The translations under genes were made by a program, and so were the position numbers. From assembly GCF_020991365.1 (NCBI RefSeq), contig NZ_JAJLRA010000044.1:1-24000 (forward strand): 24,000 nucleotides of DNA, written 5' to 3'. Below are positions 1-8,939 of this stretch, piece by piece. Position 1 is the stretch's first letter, and each line of letters opens with the position of its first letter. Below the pieces are notes generated by a model. It ran no database searches. It was not told where the DNA came from and was given only the letters and a program-made list of their open reading frames with translations. Source of the DNA: Streptacidiphilus sp. ASG 303. GTDB lineage: Bacteria; Actinomycetota; Actinomycetes; Streptomycetales; Streptomycetaceae.

Positions 1-100
1 GGGTAAGGCTCCCAGTAGACGACTGGGTTGATAGGCCGGGTGTGGAAGCCGAGTGATCGGTGGAGCTGACCGGTACTAATAGGCCGAGGGCTTGTCCATA
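1..100 (+). rRNA. rrl: 23S rRNA, 3'-terminal fragment (the rest lies upstream of the window)
   Basis: Non-coding sequence ending ...CGGTACTAATAGGCCGAGGGCTTGTCC, which I recognise as the conserved 3' end of actinobacterial 23S rRNA. A 5S rRNA follows about 80 nt later in the canonical order. The 3' boundary is approximate (+/-10 nt). Confidence 0.8.
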
Positions 101-178
101 GTTGCTCCGCGTCCACTGTGTAGTTCTGAAACCACGACCGCATTGCCCCTGGCCGGCGGCGGTTGACAGTTTCATAGT

Positions 179-297
179 GTTTCGGTGGTCATAGCGTGAG
201 GGAAACGCCCGGTTACATTCCGAACCCGGAAGCTAAGCCTTACAGCGCCGATGGTACTGCAGGGGGGACCCTGTGGGAGAGTAGGACGCCGCCGAAC
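179..297 (+). rRNA. rrf: 5S rRNA
   Basis: GTTTCGGTGGTCATAGCGTGAGGGAAACGCCCGGTTACATTCCGAACCCGGAAGCTAAGCCTTACAGCGCCGATGGTACTGCAGGGGGGACCCTGTGGGAGAGTAGGACGCCGCCGAAC is a typical Streptomyces-type 5S sequence of about 119 nt. The terminal helix pairs GTTTCGGTGG with GCCGCCGAAC. It contains the conserved CCGAAC and GTACTG elements. Confidence 0.95.
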
Positions 298-310
298 AAT
301 TGTTGAGGGA

Positions 311-352
311 GGGCCCCGCAGCCGGGAACGGCAGCGGGGCCCTTTCTGTTTT
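311..352 (+). terminator. Rho-independent terminator of the rrn operon
   Basis: GGGCCCCGC (311-319) pairs with GCGGGGCCC (334-342) as a 9-bp GC stem, followed directly by the T-rich run TTTCTGTTTT (343-352). It lies 14 nt after the 5S 3' end. Confidence 0.75.
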
Positions 353-452
353 CCGGATACTCCACAGGTACCGGGAAGGCCGGTTCCGCCGAGTCTGTGA
401 CGACCGTGCCGCCCGCCGCCTGTCGCCGCCGCAGGCTCCGGTATGGTCCTCC

Positions 453-484
453 GCCCGTTCGCCCGTTCGCCCGTCCGCCCGTCC
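453..484. repeat. 8-bp tandem repeat GCCCGT(T/C)C x4
   Basis: GCCCGTTC GCCCGTTC GCCCGTCC GCCCGTCC read directly in the spacer between the rrn operon and the GNAT gene. Confidence 0.9.
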
Positions 485-578
485 GTCGGCCGCAGGACGG
501 GCGGCATGGACCGCTCCTCCCCTCGGCTGGTCAAAGATTCGAATACCCCGGTGAGGAGAAGGTGGCAGGATTCCCTCC

Positions 579-1121
579 ATGAGGTATCTGGTGCGGCGGG
601 TTGCCGCCCACGAGTGGCTGAGGCTGCGGGACCTGCGGCTGGAGGCACTGCAGGAGGCGCCCGCGGCCTTCGTCTCCTTGTACGCGACGGAGCGGATGAC
701 ATCCGACACCGAGTGGCAGGCGCGGGCACGGTACGGGTCCGGCGCGGCGGTGCGACCCGACGGCCGGCTCACGGCGACCCACATCATCGAGCAGGTGGGT
801 GGGCGGGGCCGCTGGCTCGGCATGGTGACGGCCTTTCAGGAGCCGGACGCGCTGAAGCCCCAGATCGACCTGGTGGGCGTGTACGTGGCCCCGGAGCAGC
901 GCGGTCGCCGGGTCGGCGCGTCGGAGGCGCTCGTCCGCGGCTCGCTGGCGTGGGCCTTCGACGAGGCCGGTGCTCAGCGGGTCCGGCTCTTCGTCCGTGA
1001 GGACAACGGGCGGGCGCTCGCGTTCTACCGACGGCTGGGGTTCACGGAGACGGGCGGGACCGTGCCCTACCCGCCCGCCCCCTCCCTGTCGGAGCTGGAG
1101 ATGGAGTACGGCGGGGGCTGA
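579..1121 (+). CDS. GNAT family N-acetyltransferase
   Basis: 180-aa ORF with high GC3. It has the GNAT acetyl-CoA motif region VGVYVAPEQRGRRVGASEAL (R-x-x-G-x-A type) and the C-terminal ALAFYRRLGF motif. An alternative GTG start at 591 sits behind a GAGG. Confidence 0.85.
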   Translation: MRYLVRRVAAHEWLRLRDLRLEALQEAPAAFVSLYATERMTSDTEWQARARYGSGAAVRPDGRLTATHIIEQVGGRGRWLGMVTAFQEPDALKPQIDLVGVYVAPEQRGRRVGASEALVRGSLAWAFDEAGAQRVRLFVREDNGRALAFYRRLGFTETGGTVPYPPAPSLSELEMEYGGG

Positions 1122-1143
1122 GCAGCAGCCCCTGCCGGGGTGG

Positions 1144-2454
1144 TCACAGTCGGCCGGCGGCCTTGAGGGCCAGGTACGCGTCGGCGAGGGCGGGAGGCAG
1201 CTCCTCCGGAGGCGCGTCCACGACCGTCACCCCGTGGCGGCCGAGCCGCTCCGCGGTCTGCCGGCGGGCCGCGCGGGTCCGCTCGGCGGACGCGGCCCCG
1301 TAGACGGCCTCCACCGTGCCGCGGGCGGCCGCCATCTCCTCCGTCCGCGGGTCCGCCACGGAGGCGACCAGCACTTCGTGGCGCCCGGTGAGCCGGGGCA
1401 GGACGGTCAGCAGGCCCTGTTCGGCGGGTGCGGCGTCGAGCGTGGTGAGCAGGACGACGAGGGAGCGTTGCGGAGCCCGTCGCAGCACTGCCGACACCAG
1501 GGCGCGCATGTCGGTCTCCACCAGAGTGGGCTCCAGGACGGCCATGGCGTTCACGAACGACGGCAGCACCTCGGCGGCGGGACGTCCCTGCACGGAGGCG
1601 CGGGCCCGGCGGTCGTGGGCCAGCAGGTCGACGCGGTCGCCGGCCCGGGTGGCGAGGGCGGCGAGCAGCAGGGCCGCGTCCATCGCGGCGTCGAGCCGCG
1701 GCGCGTCGCCGACGCGTCCGGCGGAGGTGCGGCCGGTGTCGAGGACGACGAGGACGCGGCGGTCGCGCTCGGGCCGCCAGGTGCGGACGGCGACGGCGGA
1801 GCGGCGGGCGGACGCCCGCCAGTCGATGGACCGCACGTCGTCGCCGGGGGCGTACTCCCGCAGGGAGTCGAACTCGGTGCCCTGCCCCCTGGTCAGGAGC
1901 GAGGTGCGGCCGTCCAGTTCGCGCAGCCGGGACAACCGCGAGGGCAGGTGCCGGCGGCTCGAGAACGGGGGCAGCACCCGCACCGTCCACGGGACGGTGT
2001 GGGACCCCTGCCGTGCGGCCAGGCCGAGCGGGCCGGTGGAGCGCACGGTCACCCGGTGGGCGGGGCGGTCACCGCGCCGGGTGGGGTGCAGCACGGTGGT
2101 GACGCGCCGCCGCTCGCCCGCGGGGACGTCGACGCGGTGGCGGGAGGCGGCCTGCTCGCTGCCGGGCGTCCAGCTGCTCGGGGGCCATGCGTCGCGGATC
2201 CGGGCGCGCAGCCGCCTGCGGCCGGTGTTCTCGACGGTGAGGGTGACATGGGCGCTCTCGCCGAGCCGGACCGAGGTGTCGCCGGAGCGGGTGAGGCGCA
2301 GGCTGCGTACCGGCGCGGCCAGCAGCAGGTCGGCGGCGACCCCCGCCAGGACCGCTCCGCAGACCAGCCCGACGCCGGCGGCGGACGGCAGGAGCAGGCC
2401 CACGACCAGGACCCCGGCCAGGGCGAGCAGGGCGGTGCGGCCGGTGAGGGCCAT
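1144..2454 (-). CDS. DUF58 domain protein (vWA-like partner of the MoxR ATPase), N-terminal membrane anchor
   Basis: 436 aa. Two N-terminal hydrophobic helices (ALLALAGVLVVGLLL, GLVCGAVLAGVAADLLL). DUF58-type core ...EFDSLREYAPGDDVRSIDWRASARRSAVAVRTWRPERDRRVLVVLDTGRTSAG. AGGAG lies 7 nt upstream of the ATG at 2454. It is located downstream of a MoxR gene, as is typical for this family. Confidence 0.85.
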   Translation of the reverse strand: MALTGRTALLALAGVLVVGLLLPSAAGVGLVCGAVLAGVAADLLLAAPVRSLRLTRSGDTSVRLGESAHVTLTVENTGRRRLRARIRDAWPPSSWTPGSEQAASRHRVDVPAGERRRVTTVLHPTRRGDRPAHRVTVRSTGPLGLAARQGSHTVPWTVRVLPPFSSRRHLPSRLSRLRELDGRTSLLTRGQGTEFDSLREYAPGDDVRSIDWRASARRSAVAVRTWRPERDRRVLVVLDTGRTSAGRVGDAPRLDAAMDAALLLAALATRAGDRVDLLAHDRRARASVQGRPAAEVLPSFVNAMAVLEPTLVETDMRALVSAVLRRAPQRSLVVLLTTLDAAPAEQGLLTVLPRLTGRHEVLVASVADPRTEEMAAARGTVEAVYGAASAERTRAARRQTAERLGRHGVTVVDAPPEELPPALADAYLALKAAGRL

Positions 2455-2592
2455 GGGGCGGCTCCTGGGGTCGGGCGGGTCGGGATGGGGCGGATGCCCC
2501 CGGCCGGGCCCGACGCCCGGTCGGCCGCCGGGCGGGCCGGGCGGTGCCGGGGCGCGCGGGCGGTGGGGCGGGCGGGGGCGTCCGGCGGTGGC

Positions 2593-3602
<1,010 letters not shown>

Positions 3603-3606
<4 letters not shown>

Positions 3607-4952
3607 GGCTGTCGTACCTGCCTTTCCAGGGTGTCCAGATCGTCGGCGAGCCGCAGCAGGGCGGCGTCGTCGGCCGGGGCCGCACCGTACAGCAGGGCGT
3701 GCACCTCCGAGGGGGCGCGGCCCCCGGAGCGCGGGCCGTCCGCCGGGCCGGCGCCGGGCGCGGGCCCGGCCGGCGCGGGCCCGCCGGTGAGGCGGGCGGC
3801 GACGGCGGCGGTCAGGGCGACCGGCTCGGGGCCGGGTCCGCCCGGGACGCCGAGGACGGCGGCGAGCCGGGTGCGTGCGGCGTGGCGCAGGGCGTCGGCG
3901 GCCCGGTCGCGGGCCTTCGCGCGCCGGTACAGGCGTGCGCGGCCCTCCGTGGTCTCGGAGGCCCGCACGACGACGGGCAGCTCCTCCGTCACGACCGGGC
4001 CGAGCCGCCGGGCCCGCCAGAGCGCGGCGAGGACGGCGGCGACGGCGGCCTGGACCGCGCCCCAGCGCCAGCCGGCGGGCACCAGCGCGGCGGGGCTCGT
4101 GCCGCCGCCCGCCGCCGGGGCCCGGCCGTCGTCCGGCAGGTACCAGACCAGCCGCCGGTGCGCGCCGAGGAGGCCGAGGGCGAGGGCTGCGTCGCCGTCG
4201 TCGTCGAGCCGGTCGTTGGTGAGGAACCGCCCGGAGCCGACGACGACGGTGTCACCCGCGCCCTGCAGGCTGCGGACCAGCGGGAACGCGCCGCCGCGGG
4301 GGTAGCAGGCGTCGGCGCGGCCGCCGGGGAGGTACAGGAGACCGCCCAGTTCCGCGCTGCCGGCGCGGCGGGCCTCCGGCAGGGTGCAGCCGGGTTCGGT
4401 GCTCGCCGAGCGGACGGCGGCCGCACCGTCGGGTGCGTCCCCGGCACCGCCGCCGTCGGCGTCACCGCCGCCTGCGGGGCGGGTGCCGGGGGCGAGGGCG
4501 GAGAGCTCGGCGGGGTCGGGGGCGACCAGGACGACACGGCCGCCGCCCGCGTGGACGGTGCTGCCGAGCTCCCGCAGCTGGGCGGCGGTCAGGGTGTGCG
4601 CGCGGGTGAGCAGCACGGTGGTGGGGCGCCCGCTGTCCAGGGCCCTGCCGGGGCCGGGGGCGGTGTCCACGGCCACGCCCTGCCGCTCCAGCAGCCGGGC
4701 CAGGGCGCGGGCGCCGTCCGGGGCGGTGGAGCGCGGGTCGAGCGGGGGGTAGCGGGTCTCGGCGCGGAGCCCCGCGTACAGCAGGCCGCCGAGGACCAGG
4801 ACGAGGGCCGCCGCGAGGAAGCCGCGGGAGCGGCGCCACAGGCTGCCGGCGGTGGGCGCGAGCGAGGTGGCGGCGTGGGGCGCGGCGGCGGGAGGGGCCG
4901 TGGCGGGGGAGGGCGCGCCGGGGACCGGGGGGTGCGGTGCCGCGGTGCTCAT
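3603..4952 (-). CDS. DUF4350-like membrane-anchored protein of the MoxR operon
   Basis: I place the start at the ATG at 4952-4950 (MSTAAPHPPVPG...), inside the 644-aa track ORF. The upstream 195 codons are Arg/Pro-rich off-frame sequence overlapping the preceding gene. There is an N-terminal TM helix (FLAAALVLVLGGLLYAGL) and a C-proximal TM helix (WGAVQAAVAAVLAALW). ATGA overlap with the upstream gene and GTGA overlap with moxR. The family assignment is from memory of this conserved operon. Confidence 0.75.
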
Positions 4953-5695
4953 ACGTGTCCTCCGCTTCCGGCTGCCGTGCTGCCGGCGGCGGTGCTGCCC
5001 GCCACCGTGCTGCCCGCCGCCGTCCCGGCGGGGACGGGGTGCGCCGGGCGGGCGCGCAGCAGGGCGGTGTCGAGGCCGGCGACCTCCCGGTACGCCTCGG
5101 GACCGGCCGGGCGGCCGCCGTAGACGACGCCGTCGAAGGTGCGGGCGGCGCGGCGGAGGGCCTCGGCGTGCTCCGGGAGGACCTGCCCGGCCGCGGCTGC
5201 GGCCTCGTCGGCGGTGCGGCCGGGGCGCTCGTCGAGGAGGGCGCGCTCCTCCAGGGAGCGGACGAGGGCGCGGGTGCGCTCCTGCAGGGCGTCGGACCAC
5301 CGGCCGGCCTCCGCGTGCCGTTCGGCGGCGGCGCGGTGCTCCGCGGCGGTGCGGCGCCGGTCGCCGAGGAACTGCCCCGGGGCGGTGCGGGCCGTCCGGC
5401 GGGGGGCGCCGAGCCGCCACCACAGGGCGGCGCCGGCGAGCAGCAGCACGATCCCGAAGACCACCAGCCCGGCGGTGCCGCCCGTGCCGGTGCCGCCGAT
5501 CAGGCCCAGGAGGCGGTCGAGCTGCCGCCACACCCACGAGAGCAGGCGCTCCGCCAGGCCCGGGTCGTTGCGGTGGTAGGCCGGGTCGGACAGTTCGTGC
5601 CGGGCCGCCTCGCGCGCCGCGTCCCGGCCGACGGTGACGGGCGCGCCGCCGTCGGCGAGGACGGCGGCGCGCAGCCCCTCCCCCCAGCTGCCCAC
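4949..5695 (-). CDS. DUF4129 domain membrane protein
   Basis: This is the C-terminal 248 codons of the 1039-aa track ORF. The first plausible start is the GTG at 5695-5693, 5 nt after the upstream stop. It has one TM helix (GLVVFGIVLLLAGAALWW) and a DUF4129-like C-terminal region ...RTADEAAAAAGQVLPEHAEALRRAARTFDGVVYGGRPAGPEAY. The start codon is uncertain. Confidence 0.72.
   Translation of the reverse strand: MGSWGEGLRAAVLADGGAPVTVGRDAAREAARHELSDPAYHRNDPGLAERLLSWVWRQLDRLLGLIGGTGTGGTAGLVVFGIVLLLAGAALWWRLGAPRRTARTAPGQFLGDRRRTAAEHRAAAERHAEAGRWSDALQERTRALVRSLEERALLDERPGRTADEAAAAAGQVLPEHAEALRRAARTFDGVVYGGRPAGPEAYREVAGLDTALLRARPAHPVPAGTAAGSTVAGSTAAGSTAAGSGGHV
4977..5021. repeat. 15-bp in-frame tandem repeat x3 (encodes the AAGST-type repeat at the DUF4129 C-terminus)
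   Basis: GTGCTGCCGGCGGCG / GTGCTGCCCGCCACC / GTGCTGCCCGCCGCC on the + strand. The minus-strand translation is GTAAGSTVAGSTAAGSTAAGSGG. Confidence 0.85.
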
Positions 5696-5700
5696 GCCGG

Positions 5701-6933
5701 TCAGGCCCCCGCTGCGGCGGGCGCCTCGCCGAAGCCGGGCAGACCGGCCGCGCGGGCCAGCTCGATGTCCAGGGCCTCGCGGCGGATGCGCTGGTCGACG
5801 TAGAGGAGGACGTTGATGCCCGAGGTGAAGGGCAGCGTCAGGGTGGTCGCGACCGCCGAGCCGATGCCGAGCATCACCAGGGTGAGCAGCGGCGGTCCGG
5901 AGTCGGCCTGCGGGTTCAGCACGGCGTCGATCCCGCCGGCGAAGAGGCCCACGACGGTGAACGGCAGCAGGATCATCGTGCTGATCACCCAGCTCACCAC
6001 GAGGCCGAGCAGGGTGATGCCGAAGATCCGCCACCAGCTGCCGCGCACCAGGCGGGCGGAGCGTGACAGGGAGGCGAACACCCCCTGCTTCTCCAGCATC
6101 AGGGCGGGGGCGGCGAGGCTGAACCGGATCCACAGCCAGACGATGCAGGCCGTCGCGGCCAGGAGGCCCAGGCCCAGGCTCACGCCGAGGACCGCGGGGT
6201 CGGCGTGCGACGCGGCGGCCGCGATGCCCGGGGCCAGCAGCACACCGCCGACGGCGACCACCATCAGCAGCAGGAGCAGGACCAGCCCCAGCAGCGGCAG
6301 CAGCCGCGGCCGGGCGTCGGCCCACGCCTCGCGGAGCGACACCGGCCGTCCCAGGATGCCCCGGCCGACCACCACCGTCAGCAGGGCCGTGGCGACCTGC
6401 CCGGCCAGGAGGAGCACCAGGTAGTCGACAGCGGTGCCCGCCGCGTCCGCTGCCGGGGACAGGGTGTCGGAGCGGGTGCCCCACTGGACGAGGACGCTGG
6501 AGGCCGAGCTGAGGACGGCGAGCGTCAGGGAGATGCCGAGCACGGTCCGCCAGTAGCGGCGGGCGGTGGAGACGGCGCCGTCCAGGATCTCGCCGACGCC
6601 GAGCGGGCGCAGCGGGATCACGCCGGGCTTGGGCGCGAGCGGGACGGCCCAGCCGCCGGCGAACGGGGGAGGCGGCGGGTAGGGGCCGCCGGGGTAGGGG
6701 GCCCCCGGGTGCGGGCCGGGCGGGGGAGTCCCCCAGCCCGGTGCCGCGCCCCGGCCGGGGGCGTCCTGCGCGGGGGGCGCGGTGTCCTGCGGTCCCGCGT
6801 CCGCGGGCCGGGCGTCCTGCGGTGCCGACGGGCCGGGCACGCCTCCCGGAGCGGAGGCGCCGCCCTGGGGGCGGCCGTCCTCGCGGGGCGGCTCGGGCGA
6901 ACCGGGCGGTGCCCAGCCCGGGTTGTCGGTCAT
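5701..6933 (-). CDS. Polytopic membrane protein with a Pro-rich N-terminus (glycerophosphodiester-phosphodiesterase membrane-domain-like)
   Basis: 410 aa. GAAGGAG lies 6 nt upstream of the ATG at 6933. About 110 aa of the N-terminus are Pro/Gly-rich and low-complexity. The conserved LRPLGVGEILDGAVSTARRYWRTVLG follows, then about 6 hydrophobic helices. It is the first gene of the minus-strand MoxR operon. Confidence 0.75.
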   Translation of the reverse strand: MTDNPGWAPPGSPEPPREDGRPQGGASAPGGVPGPSAPQDARPADAGPQDTAPPAQDAPGRGAAPGWGTPPPGPHPGAPYPGGPYPPPPPFAGGWAVPLAPKPGVIPLRPLGVGEILDGAVSTARRYWRTVLGISLTLAVLSSASSVLVQWGTRSDTLSPAADAAGTAVDYLVLLLAGQVATALLTVVVGRGILGRPVSLREAWADARPRLLPLLGLVLLLLLMVVAVGGVLLAPGIAAAASHADPAVLGVSLGLGLLAATACIVWLWIRFSLAAPALMLEKQGVFASLSRSARLVRGSWWRIFGITLLGLVVSWVISTMILLPFTVVGLFAGGIDAVLNPQADSGPPLLTLVMLGIGSAVATTLTLPFTSGINVLLYVDQRIRREALDIELARAAGLPGFGEAPAAAGA

Positions 6934-7135
6934 CGCTGCTCCTTCGCGGGTGCCACCGGACGGCGGTCACGGGGGTGAGGGGCCGTTCGTGTGGCGCCCA
7001 TCGTGCCACGGCCCGATCGCGCGCACTGCACCGTACGGGTGACAGCCTCCGGCCGGTGGCGGGACCGGTCCCACCGGGCCGCGTCCGGGCGTGCGCCCTG
7101 TTCAGTTCGGGGTGCCGCCGGTGCAGACTGGGGCG

Positions 7136-8257
7136 ATGGCCGATCTTCCCGCTGCCCGTCCCGCCGCCCCCGCGCCCGTCCCGCCGCCCCTGCGGGCCCT
7201 GCGCTGGGACGACTCCCCGGACGGCCCCGTCCTGGTGCTGCTCGACCAGACGCTGCTCCCCGGCGAGGAGCGGGAGATCGCCTGCACCAGCACCCGGACC
7301 CTCGTCGAGGCGATCCAGCGGCTCGCGGTGCGCGGTGCCCCGCTGCTGGGCCTGGCCGGCGCGTACGGGGTGGCGCTGGCCGCCGCCCGCGGCTGCTCGG
7401 TGGGCGACGCCGCCGAGGAACTCGCCCGGGCCCGGCCCACCGCCGTCAACCTGGCCATCGGCGTGCGGCGGGCCGCCGACGCCCACCGGCACCACCTGGC
7501 GGAGAAGCCCGGCGACCTCGACGGCGCGGCCGCCGCGGCGCTGGAGGCGGCCCGCGCCCTGCACCGGGAGGACGCCGCCGCCAGCGCCGCCATGGCCTCC
7601 CACGGGCTCGACCTCCTCGACCGGCTCCTGCCCGGCGGCACCCACCGGCTGCTCACCCACTGCAACACCGGCGCCCTCGTCTCCGGCGGCGAGGGCACCG
7701 CCCTGGCCGTGGCGCTCGCCGCGCACCGCGCCGGGCGGCTGCGGCGGCTCTGGGTGGACGAGACCCGGCCCCTGCTGCAGGGCGCCCGGCTGACCGCGTA
7801 CGAGGCTGCGCGCGCCGGGATGCCCTACACCCTGCTGGCGGACAACGCCGCCGGCTCGCTCCTCGCCGCCGGCCAGGTGGATGCGGTGCTGGTCGGGGCG
7901 GACCGGATCGCGGCCGACGGCTCCACCGCCAACAAGGTCGGCACCTACCCGCTGGCGGTGCTGGCCCGCCACCACGGCGTGCCGTTCGTGGTGGTGGCGC
8001 CCACCACCACCGTGGACCCGGACACCCCCGGCGGGGCGGACGTGGAGGTCGAGCAGCGGGCCGCGCACGAGGTGGCCGAATACGCCGGGGTCGCGGTCGC
8101 ACCGCCCGGGGCGCCCGTCTACAACCCGGCGTTCGACATCACCCCGCCCGGACTGATCAGCGCGATCGTCACCGAGAAGGGCGTAGTCTCCCCGGTGGAT
8201 GTGAGCGGGATGACACGGCTGTGCGCCATGTCACGATCGAGTGATGAGACGATGTGA
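7136..8257 (+). CDS. mtnA: S-methyl-5-thioribose-1-phosphate isomerase
   Basis: LRWDDSPDGPVLVLLDQTLLPGEE..., AVRGAPLLGLAGAYGVALAA, RPTAVNLAIGV, LLTHCNTGALV, VDETRPLLQGARLTAYE and GADRIAADGSTANKVGTYPLAVLARHHGVPFVVVAP are characteristic of the MtnA/eIF-2B family. I chose the ATG at 7136; in-frame GTGs at 7091, 7112 and 7121 are alternatives. Confidence 0.9.
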   Translation: MADLPAARPAAPAPVPPPLRALRWDDSPDGPVLVLLDQTLLPGEEREIACTSTRTLVEAIQRLAVRGAPLLGLAGAYGVALAAARGCSVGDAAEELARARPTAVNLAIGVRRAADAHRHHLAEKPGDLDGAAAAALEAARALHREDAAASAAMASHGLDLLDRLLPGGTHRLLTHCNTGALVSGGEGTALAVALAAHRAGRLRRLWVDETRPLLQGARLTAYEAARAGMPYTLLADNAAGSLLAAGQVDAVLVGADRIAADGSTANKVGTYPLAVLARHHGVPFVVVAPTTTVDPDTPGGADVEVEQRAAHEVAEYAGVAVAPPGAPVYNPAFDITPPGLISAIVTEKGVVSPVDVSGMTRLCAMSRSSDETM

Positions 8258-8260
8258 AGC

Positions 8261-8938
8261 ATGAAGGGACGCGTCCTGGTCGTCGACGACGACACCGCAC
8301 TGGCCGAGATGCTGGGCATCGTTCTGCGCGGGGAGGGTTTTGAGCCCTTCTTCGTCGCGGACGGGGACAAGGCACTGGCCGTGTTCCGGGAGAGCAAGCC
8401 CGATCTGGTCCTCCTCGACCTGATGCTGCCCGGCCGCGACGGCATCGACGTCTGCCGGCAGATCCGGGCCGAGTCCGGGGTGCCGATCGTCATGCTCACC
8501 GCCAAGAGCGACACCGTGGACGTGGTCGTGGGCCTGGAGTCGGGCGCCGACGACTACGTCATCAAGCCGTTCAAGCCCAAGGAACTGGTGGCCCGGGTGC
8601 GCGCCCGGCTGCGCCGCGCCGAGGAGCCCACCCCCGAGCAGCTGGCCATCGGCGACCTGGTGATCGACGTCGCCGGGCACTCGGTGAAGCGCGACGGCCG
8701 GTCCATCCCGCTGACCCCGCTGGAGTTCGACCTGCTGGTCGCGCTCGCCCGCAAGCCCTGGCAGGTCTTCACCCGCGAGGTCCTGCTGGAGCAGGTGTGG
8801 GGCTACCGGCACGCCGCCGACACGCGGCTGGTCAACGTCCACGTACAGCGCCTGCGCTCCAAGATCGAGCGGGACCCCGAGCGGCCCGAGATCGTGGTGA
8901 CCGTGCGCGGCGTCGGCTACAAGGCCGGACCCAGCTGA
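8261..8938 (+). CDS. mtrA: OmpR-family response regulator MtrA
   Basis: 225 aa. MKGRVLVVDDDTALAEMLGIVLRGEGFEPFFVADGDKAL...LVLLDLMLPGRDGIDVCRQIR...VIKPFKPKELVARVRARLRR plus a winged-helix C-terminus (...RLVNVHVQRLRSKIERDPERPEIVVTVRGVGYKAG). It is followed by mtrB and lpqB, the canonical actinobacterial arrangement. Confidence 0.95.
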   Translation: MKGRVLVVDDDTALAEMLGIVLRGEGFEPFFVADGDKALAVFRESKPDLVLLDLMLPGRDGIDVCRQIRAESGVPIVMLTAKSDTVDVVVGLESGADDYVIKPFKPKELVARVRARLRRAEEPTPEQLAIGDLVIDVAGHSVKRDGRSIPLTPLEFDLLVALARKPWQVFTREVLLEQVWGYRHAADTRLVNVHVQRLRSKIERDPERPEIVVTVRGVGYKAGPS

Positions 8939-8939
8939 C

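Noticed and set aside
530-560. TTCGAAT in GGTCAAAGATTCGAATACCCC as a possible tRNA T-loop
   Set aside because: The flanking bases cannot form a T-stem, and no acceptor or anticodon arms can be drawn. It is just a lower-GC patch, possibly the GNAT promoter region.
4949-8068. 1039-aa minus-strand ORF
   Set aside because: It is a composite. Only 4949-5695 (the DUF4129 protein) looks coding. Further upstream it runs off-frame across the membrane-protein gene and antisense to mtnA, and reads as Arg/Pro/Gly-rich junk.
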